11,618 nucleotides of DNA, from the NCBI GenBank assembly GCA_050178385.1, contig JBFXGD010000113.1, positions 1 to 11,618 of the forward strand, given 5' to 3'. A program made the position numbers and the translations under genes. A model generated the notes under the pieces. That model searched no databases. It worked only from the letters and a program-made list of their open reading frames with translations, and was not told where the DNA came from. Source of the DNA: Calditrichaceae bacterium. Its GTDB lineage: Bacteria; Calditrichota; Calditrichia; Calditrichales; JBFXGD01. This document shows positions 1-6,097 of this stretch, piece by piece (within the stretch, counting starts at the first letter, position 1; each line of letters opens with the position of its first letter).

Positions 1-54
1 AGATTTGAAACCGATATGTTTGTTAAAACCGACAAACTAATGCTAATCAAATAA
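1..54 (+). CDS. 3' end of an upstream gene; C-terminus resembles a T9SS type A / FlgD-Ig secretion (CTD) domain
   Basis: Frame 1 reads RFETDMFVKTDKLMLIK-stop (TAA 52-54), resembling the 'Y.Y.L....F..TKKMLLLK*' end of T9SS type A sorting domains. A terminator follows. Only 17 codons are visible. Confidence 0.7.
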   Translation, partial: RFETDMFVKTDKLMLIK

Positions 55-116
55 GGAAATATTTTCATATTGAAGGCAATACTCTCTGGTTAAATAGAGA
101 GATAATATCATTCTTT

Positions 117-160
117 TCCCTGCGGACGAAATTAAAAACTCCGCGGGGATTTTTTATTTT
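117..160 (+). terminator. Rho-independent terminator of the upstream gene
   Basis: 10-bp stem TCCCTGCGGA (117-126) / TCCGCGGGGA (140-149) with one G-U pair, 13-nt loop, then TTTTTTATTTT (150-160). Confidence 0.75.
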
Positions 161-192
161 AGGCTATAAGCTGAAATCTTATTCACCACGCA

Positions 193-402
193 ATGGTATA
201 TTACCACATAGGAACGATAAATGACCACGTAGGAGCAACATATTACCGGGAAGGAATGATGAATGACCGGGTAGGAACAATAAATTACCTCGTAGGAACG
301 ATATATGACCTGGAAGGGATGATAAATGACCGGGTAGGAACGAGATATGACCTGGAAGGAACAATATATTACCATATAGGAACGATATATGACCGGGATG
401 GA
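193..402. repeat. Degenerate tandem array, 10 x 21 bp, consensus ACGATA(T/A)AT(G/T)ACCNNG(T/A)AGGA
   Basis: Gap-free units start at 193, 214, 235, 256, 277, 298, 319, 340, 361 and 382. Unit positions 8-9 (AT), 11-13 (ACC) and 19-20 (GG) are invariant in all ten. Confidence 0.97.
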
Positions 403-436
403 AGCCAGATTAAGTTAGTTTCCATCATCCGGCAGG

Positions 437-465
437 TTGACTTAAATCCCGGAAATGCATAAAAT
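437..465 (+). promoter_or_regulatory. Putative sigma70 promoter for the MOSC gene cluster
   Basis: TTGACT (437-442), 17-bp spacer, TAAAAT (460-465). Each box matches 5/6 to TTGACA/TATAAT; the -10 ends about 60 bp upstream of ATG 526. Confidence 0.7.
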
Positions 466-525
466 ATCACTGAATTCGTTGCGATAATGGCGTGTGAACT
501 TAGCATAGATTCGTATGAGGGGCAA

Positions 526-1329
526 ATGACGGTTATAAAAGTATCATCTTTGCATTATTATCCGGTTAAATCCTGCCGGGGAATCAGTCTTAAGGAGGCG
601 GTGATCGGCCCAAAGGGCATTGAAAATGACCGGCGATTTATGCTGACTGGTACGGATGGTGAATTTATGACACAGAGAAATCATCCCCGTATGGCGCTTA
701 TTCATCCAAATATTTCAGATTCACGTCTCCATCTCAGCGCACCCCGAATGCCTGATATATATGTAACTCCGACTTACCGGGGCGACCGCATCGATGTGAA
801 TATTTGGAAGGACCGCTGTGTCGCGGTGGATCAGGGAGAGGAAGCCGCCCAATGGTTGAGCGAATTTCTCGGAACTCCCTGCCGGCTGGTTCAGATGGCG
901 GATGATTTTAACCGTGATGTCGATCCCGATTATACAGATGACCGGTCAGCGCATGTTGATTTTGTGGATGGTTTTCCGTTTCTCTTAATCTCTGAAGCCT
1001 CGGTTAATGATCTTAACCGGCGCTTAGACAGTCCCGTTCCCGTAATCCGTTTCCGGCCTAACATAGTGGTTAGCGGATCACTGCCGTATGCAGAAGATCA
1101 CTGGAAAAAAATCCGTATCGGGTCGATTGAGTTTAGCTCGGTCAAACCCTGCGCGAGGTGTGTTATCACAACCATAGATCCCGATACGGCCCGGAAAAGT
1201 AAGGAGCCGATGCGCACGCTCGCCACCTACAGGCTGGAAGGGAAAAACAAGGTGCTTTTCGGGCACAATCTTATTCATAACCAAACCGGAAGGATCAAAA
1301 CAGGGGATGAAGTGGTCATCCTGGACTGA
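526..1329 (+). CDS. MOSC domain protein with N-terminal beta-barrel (YcbX/mARC-like molybdoenzyme, no fused ferredoxin)
   Basis: Motifs YPVKSCRG, NDRRFM, TQR..P.MALI, FVDGFPFLLISEASVNDLN, RFRPNIVV, KPCARC...T.D, FG.N...G.IK.GD.V. Start moved from 487 to the in-frame ATG 526, which follows GAGGGG (517-522) and matches the family N-terminus. Confidence 0.93.
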   Translation: MTVIKVSSLHYYPVKSCRGISLKEAVIGPKGIENDRRFMLTGTDGEFMTQRNHPRMALIHPNISDSRLHLSAPRMPDIYVTPTYRGDRIDVNIWKDRCVAVDQGEEAAQWLSEFLGTPCRLVQMADDFNRDVDPDYTDDRSAHVDFVDGFPFLLISEASVNDLNRRLDSPVPVIRFRPNIVVSGSLPYAEDHWKKIRIGSIEFSSVKPCARCVITTIDPDTARKSKEPMRTLATYRLEGKNKVLFGHNLIHNQTGRIKTGDEVVILD

Positions 1330-1425
1330 CAAAATTCTCTCATTTATACCGGCAAATGGGATGATTTGTCCTCATTAATCCTTATAGCTAAACCAAAATA
1401 GTAACTGAAAAACAGAGACAATTTT

Positions 1426-2070
1426 ATGATTTGCAAATTTATACGTTGTAAAGTTCCCGCGGAAAAGTATGCGGGATTTCATCAGGCGCAGATGCAATGG
1501 TCTGCATTATCCGGTGTTGAAGGATTCCTGTTTCAAACCGGCGGGCGTACCATTGATGATCCGGAAATGATGGTGATTCTTGCTTTCTGGGAATCAATTG
1601 AGCATCATCAGAATTTTATGGATAATATTCATGAAAACATAATTGCCGGAAATCAACAGGACAACTATTACACCGTTAATATATCTACCGTGTTTAATGT
1701 GGATACGGTATTAAAAAATGATTCCCGTAATGTTTTTGATAATGTCGCTGAGAGTGAATTTCTCAAAATATCTGATTTCCTGGTGATTCCGGAACAAACC
1801 GGTCATTTTACCGGCGCTCATGCCGAGAATCTGATTCCCGAACTGATACAGCAGGAGGGGCTGATACAGGGATTTTTCTCGGGACACATTCAAAGCGGTG
1901 AAAGATTTCTTAAAACATCATTCTGGAAGGGTGAAGCGGAGTTTCAGAATTTTCTTAAAAACAGAAATCAGGCGCTTATTGATAACGCAAATGTTGCTGC
2001 GGATCTCGTAAAGGAATTTGAGTATCGGATACTTCTGAACAAAGAGTGGTTTATCATATCGGAGATCTAA
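1426..2070 (+). CDS. YdbC/DUF4937-like protein with two ABM-like (dimeric alpha+beta barrel) domains
   Basis: N-terminus MICKFIRCKV...F.QAQ.QWSAL..VEGFL.QTGG...ILAFWES.EHH..FM..IH resembles the YdbC family. The second half repeats the pattern (F....LIP.L....GL..G.F......FL..SFW.....F). Confidence 0.7.
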   Translation: MICKFIRCKVPAEKYAGFHQAQMQWSALSGVEGFLFQTGGRTIDDPEMMVILAFWESIEHHQNFMDNIHENIIAGNQQDNYYTVNISTVFNVDTVLKNDSRNVFDNVAESEFLKISDFLVIPEQTGHFTGAHAENLIPELIQQEGLIQGFFSGHIQSGERFLKTSFWKGEAEFQNFLKNRNQALIDNANVAADLVKEFEYRILLNKEWFIISEI

Positions 2071-2846
2071 TGAGCTTTGAAAAAAAAGTCATCATCATCA
2101 CCGGTGCGTCCAGTGGAATCGGCCGTTCATTAGCCCTGAAATTCGCAAAGTTAAAAGCGCGTGTTGTGCTGGCCTCCAGAAACGCGGCGGAACTTAACCG
2201 GCTTGAAACATCCATACGTGAAGGCGGGGCTGAAGCTTTTGCCATTCCCGCAGATATCAGTAAGAAACAGGATATGGAAAATCTGATAAAGGAAACTTTG
2301 AACAGGTGGGAGCAAATTGATATTTTTATCGCCAATGCCGGGCAGTACATCCAGGGAAATATAGCTGACATAGGTATCGACCAGTTCGAAAAATCCATGG
2401 CCGTGAATTTCTACGGCGCTGTCTTCGGTATTAAAGAAGCGCTGCCCCATATGCTTGAGCGGGGCGCCGGACACATTGCCGTCATCAATTCTCTTGATGC
2501 CAGAAAAGGCATTCGCGGAGACGGGCCTTATGTGGCGGCAAAATCGGCTCTGGCGGGATTTTGCGATGTATTGAGACAGGAGCTGCATGGTTCAGGCGTG
2601 TCGGTGACTACCGTATTCCCCGGAAGGGTTGACACACCCATGATCGAAAATCTGAGCGTTCCTTTTATATCACCAAAAATTTCCCCCGGTAAGGTTGCCG
2701 ACGCGGTGATTAAGGGAATCCGTAAAAATAAAGGGGATGTCATTGTTCCGTCATTGTATCGTCCCATGGTGATCCTGAATACGGCGTTCCCGGGTTTGAT
2801 GGATATTTTGTACCGGAAATTTCGAATCGAAGGCAGGCAAAAATAA
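2070..2846 (+). CDS. Classical short-chain dehydrogenase/reductase (SDR), probably NADP(H)-preferring
   Basis: TGASSGIG, NAG, catalytic Ser (VINS), YVAAK (YxxxK), PGRVDT; basic residue after beta2 (LASR). Start at ATG 2070 overlaps the upstream stop (TAATG), with GGAG at 2061-2064. Confidence 0.93.
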   Translation: MSFEKKVIIITGASSGIGRSLALKFAKLKARVVLASRNAAELNRLETSIREGGAEAFAIPADISKKQDMENLIKETLNRWEQIDIFIANAGQYIQGNIADIGIDQFEKSMAVNFYGAVFGIKEALPHMLERGAGHIAVINSLDARKGIRGDGPYVAAKSALAGFCDVLRQELHGSGVSVTTVFPGRVDTPMIENLSVPFISPKISPGKVADAVIKGIRKNKGDVIVPSLYRPMVILNTAFPGLMDILYRKFRIEGRQK

Positions 2847-2858
2847 AGGAATTAAACA

Positions 2859-3359
2859 GTGCTGATCAGAGCTGAAAAAAAAGAAGACATTGACGATATC
2901 AGAATGATTAATTCGGCGGCCTTTGAAACCGGAGACGAGGCCCGGATGGTTGATCAAATCCGGGAAAGCGGCATATCGTATATTTCGCTTGTGGCTGAAA
3001 TGGATAGAAAGCTTGTTGGGCACATTTTATTTACCCCTGTTATACCCGAAGATCATACCGTGAATACAGCAATTGCGGGTTTGGCGCCGATGGCGGTTCT
3101 TCCGCAATACCAGAATCAGGGATTTGGTTCAAAGCTGGTGCGTGAAGGTCTAAAAAGATGCGAAGATGCCGGTTATGAAGCGGTTGTTGTTCTTGGTCAT
3201 CCTGAGTATTATCCCCGGTTTGGATTTATGCCCGCGGTGAAATTTGGAATTTGGTCCGAATATGAGGTCCCGGACGATGTCTTTATGGCTCTTGAATTAA
3301 AACAGGGCGCTATGAAAAAATGCGCCGGTCTGGTGCGTTATCATGAAATATTCAGATAA
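2859..3359 (+). CDS. GNAT family N-acetyltransferase (YhbS-like)
   Basis: SLVAE....VGHILF, LAPMAVLPQYQNQGFGSKLV (acetyl-CoA motif A), VVVLGHPEYYPRFGF, FMALEL. GTG start after AAGGA. Confidence 0.93.
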   Translation: MLIRAEKKEDIDDIRMINSAAFETGDEARMVDQIRESGISYISLVAEMDRKLVGHILFTPVIPEDHTVNTAIAGLAPMAVLPQYQNQGFGSKLVREGLKRCEDAGYEAVVVLGHPEYYPRFGFMPAVKFGIWSEYEVPDDVFMALELKQGAMKKCAGLVRYHEIFR

Positions 3360-3369
3360 AAGGAATATC

Positions 3370-3720
3370 ATGTCGATCACTATCAAGCGTGTTTATGATG
3401 AACCTGATGAGACAGACGGGTTCAGGGTGCTGGTTGACCGGCTTTGGCCCCGCGGCTTGACAAAGGATAAGATCAAAATTGATCTCTGGCTGAAAGAAAT
3501 TTCACCAAGCAATGAACTCCGGAAATGGGCTCATAAGCATCCCGAAAAATGTGCTGAATTTAAAGAAAAATATTTCGCGGAACTGCGCGACCATGATTCG
3601 GAAGTTAAAGAACTTATCGACAAATCAAAAAACGTGTCAGTCACATTGGTCTATGCATCAAAAAACATTGAAAACAATAATGCGTCCGCGCTGAGAGACT
3701 ACTTATTGTCCATATCGTGA
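3370..3720 (+). CDS. DUF488 family protein (YeaO-like)
   Basis: IKRVYD....DG.RVLVDRLWPRGLTK.....DLWLKEISPS.ELRKW...F..KY.AEL...VTLVYA.K....NNA.AL. Start at ATG 3370 after AAGGA, rather than 3343. Confidence 0.92.
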   Translation: MSITIKRVYDEPDETDGFRVLVDRLWPRGLTKDKIKIDLWLKEISPSNELRKWAHKHPEKCAEFKEKYFAELRDHDSEVKELIDKSKNVSVTLVYASKNIENNNASALRDYLLSIS

Positions 3721-3969
3721 ACATTGCATTGTGATTCGGACATCGTTGTCATGACTTCAATCGGAAGTACTTAATCCCTTATATAGAACATCAACCATGA
3801 GTTTCTTTCAGGCTGAACAGAAAACATTCTGTCTTACATAAATTTATTAAAAATATCTTCAAAATCTGCAAGTTCAGAGCCTCTTAATTGTCTAATGAGT
3901 ATGATGGATGTAAAAAATTTTAGTTATAATCATGATTTGAAATATTAATTCTTAAAATGATATGAGCCA

Positions 3970-3986
3970 TGTTACAATTTGTTACA
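3970..3986. promoter_or_regulatory. Direct repeat TGTTACA-att-TGTTACA, candidate OmpR/PhoB-family (CpxR-like) binding site
   Basis: Perfect 7-mers at 3970-3976 and 3980-3986 (10-bp period), about 82 bp upstream of the operon start at 4069. Confidence 0.45.
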
Positions 3987-4068
3987 TTCCTGAAATTATT
4001 TAGTAATAATCGTTTTGTAAAAATATCAGTCCAAAATATCGAAGATTGAACTCAGAAGGGAGTTTTTA

Positions 4069-4713
4069 GTGATTCGTTATAAAATATTGGTTATGGTCAG
4101 CAGCATCATATTATACACAGCCGTTTTTGCGCAAGATCAGGATTTTGTCAGTTCGAAGATTGATATGCTCCAACAGGATCTTGAATTAACGGAAGCCCAA
4201 AAAACCCAGGTACAAGAAATTTATGAATATTCAATCCGTGAATCGGAGAATTTAAAAACCATTAATCGGGGTGATCCCGGCGCGATAAGAGCGGCCATGA
4301 ATGACCTGCAATCATTAACCGCCCGGCAAATCTATAATATTCTGACACCGGAACAACAGAAAAAATTTCCGGAAATCCAGAGCAAAATTACCATTCCGCG
4401 CGAAACCAATAATAGAGAACTCCAAAATTTAAAAGAAAAATTGAAACTTACAGATGATCAGGTCATTCAGATAGAACCCATCATCGAGGCGCAGCAGGCG
4501 GAGATGGAAAAAATGAGAGAGGAAAATTCGGGTGACCGCAGAGAAATGATGATGAAAATGCAGACCATCATGAAAGTATATGAGAATAAAATCAAAGAGG
4601 TACTTTCGGATGAGCAAAAAGAACTTTATGATAAGTATTTAGAAGAAAAGCGGTCATCTATGCAACAGGGTGGAGGATCCGGCCGGGGCGGCAAAGGAAA
4701 GCGGAGATTTTAA
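4069..4713 (+). CDS. Periplasmic Spy/CpxP-like (LTXXQ motif) protein with an internal tandem duplication
   Basis: Signal peptide ending ..AVFA-QD. Four LTXXQ-type motifs (LTEAQ, LTPEQ, LTDDQ, LSDEQ), helical and Met-rich, with a Gly/Arg/Lys tail. GTG start after AAGGGAG. Confidence 0.7.
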   Translation: MIRYKILVMVSSIILYTAVFAQDQDFVSSKIDMLQQDLELTEAQKTQVQEIYEYSIRESENLKTINRGDPGAIRAAMNDLQSLTARQIYNILTPEQQKKFPEIQSKITIPRETNNRELQNLKEKLKLTDDQVIQIEPIIEAQQAEMEKMREENSGDRREMMMKMQTIMKVYENKIKEVLSDEQKELYDKYLEEKRSSMQQGGGSGRGGKGKRRF

Positions 4714-4733
4714 TAATAAGTTAAGGGAAGATC

Positions 4734-6080
4734 ATGATAATACGTTCACGAATATCAGGCAATTGGAGCGGGCTCCTACTTCTTTTATTGATTTTGCCAG
4801 GGTTCACAGCGGCGGATGATTCAGGAAAGACGTTGGGTCTGAATGAAGCCATTCAACTGGCGTTAAAGCAAAATATATCTCTCAGGATAAATTCAAACTC
4901 GGTATCCGGCGCGGGAATAGATGTAAAACAATCAAGAATGGAATTTTTCCCAAACCTGTCCGCATCGCTCTCATCATCAAAAAATTATCCAAAAACGGGA
5001 GATGAGAATGAATCGGTTAACGCGTCGGTTTCATCCAGTCTGAATCTCTTTAACGGTTTTTATGATATATCCCGGTTTAATAAAGCCGGTCTGGATTTGG
5101 CTGCAGTAGAGGCGGGCTACGACAGAAGCCGTGAATCAGTTGTTTTTGAGACCATTTCCCGTTTTATCCAGGTTGTTCTGAATAATGAATTTATCGGGAT
5201 TGAGAAAAATAATCTGGGTGCGCAGATGAATCAGTTGAAGCAGATTGAGGAATTCCAGAAAGTTGGCAATCGTTCTATGGCGGATGTATATCAACAGCTT
5301 GCAGATATCAAGCAGAGCGAGCTAAATGTCCTAAACGCCGCGAGTGAATATGAAGTCAGCCGGAATTTACTTTCACGGACTCTCGGATACCAGATGGCAG
5401 ATGATATAAAATTTATCGCGCCGGACATCGATCTCATTACTCAGAAAATCATAAGTTCCGGTCCGGACGACGATACGTTTCTGATAAAAGTAAATACGCG
5501 GCGATTTGATTTACAGGCACAACAGCTAAATGTTAAATCCGGGACTGAACAGATCCGTGCCGCTAAATCGGGTTACTGGCCTTCGGTTTCATTGACTGCG
5601 AGCGCGGGATCAAACTATTCGGGTTCTGTTCCGGGTTACAGCTTTTCGGATCAGCTTTTCGATGAAAATCCCTATGTCAGATTAGGAATTTCAGTATCTG
5701 TTCCATTGTTTGACCGATTTTATACAAAATATAATGTTCAGCAGGCCGGCATCCAGTTATCGACACAAAAAATGATACTGGAAGATTTGGAACTGGAAAT
5801 CGGCAATGAAATCCGTCAGGCGATGTTTGATTACAAGACAGCGTTAAAACAAAAAGAACTGGCTCAGGCAAAAAAAGAATTCGCGTCGGAAGCTCTGAAG
5901 ATATCGGAAGAAAGATACCGGGTCGGCTCCAGCACTTATGTGGAAATGAGCCAGGTTCGCGCAAATTATGTAACGGCGGCTTATCAAAAAGTTAGCGCTG
6001 ATTATAATTTACTTCTTAAATACGCGGCTGTTTATTATTTCGGCGGAAATATCGAAGAAGTAATCACAATGTTTAATTAG
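4734..6080 (+). CDS. TolC family outer-membrane efflux protein
   Basis: Signal peptide; L.LNEAIQLALKQN; two OEP repeats (FFPNLSAS...LNLFNGF and YWPSVSLTAS...SVPLFDRF); ERYRVGSSTYVE. 448 aa. Confidence 0.93.
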   Translation: MIIRSRISGNWSGLLLLLLILPGFTAADDSGKTLGLNEAIQLALKQNISLRINSNSVSGAGIDVKQSRMEFFPNLSASLSSSKNYPKTGDENESVNASVSSSLNLFNGFYDISRFNKAGLDLAAVEAGYDRSRESVVFETISRFIQVVLNNEFIGIEKNNLGAQMNQLKQIEEFQKVGNRSMADVYQQLADIKQSELNVLNAASEYEVSRNLLSRTLGYQMADDIKFIAPDIDLITQKIISSGPDDDTFLIKVNTRRFDLQAQQLNVKSGTEQIRAAKSGYWPSVSLTASAGSNYSGSVPGYSFSDQLFDENPYVRLGISVSVPLFDRFYTKYNVQQAGIQLSTQKMILEDLELEIGNEIRQAMFDYKTALKQKELAQAKKEFASEALKISEERYRVGSSTYVEMSQVRANYVTAAYQKVSADYNLLLKYAAVYYFGGNIEEVITMFN

Positions 6081-6097
6081 GTAATCGGAGAAGATTG

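Noticed and set aside
82..101. Small inverted repeat CTCTCT/AGAGAG
   Set aside because: Low-complexity 6-bp stem with no U-tract; the 117-160 hairpin is the better terminator.
193..402. CRISPR array or TIGR-like guide array
   Set aside because: Units are contiguous 21-mers with no unique spacers (only about 3 strongly variable bases), and no cas or Nop-domain gene is in the window.
193..402. Plasmid iteron origin
   Set aside because: The period fits, but the units are too degenerate, no rep gene or DnaA-box cluster is evident, and the context looks chromosomal.
487..525. Longer ORF-track starts (487; likewise 2046, 3343 and 6095)
   Set aside because: Downstream in-frame ATGs (526, 2070, 3370, 6098) have SD motifs or translational coupling and match the family N-termini.
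1327..1401. Selenocysteine readthrough of the MOSC TGA with the downstream hairpin as SECIS
   Set aside because: The TGA is at the normal family C-terminus (GDEVVILD), not at a conserved Cys position. The loop (ATACCGGC) lacks the leading G typical of bacterial SECIS, and readthrough adds only about 24 unremarkable residues.
3925..3930. Perfect TATAAT as the promoter of the efflux operon
   Set aside because: No credible -35 or extended -10 TG at the proper position, and chance matches are expected in this AT-rich region.
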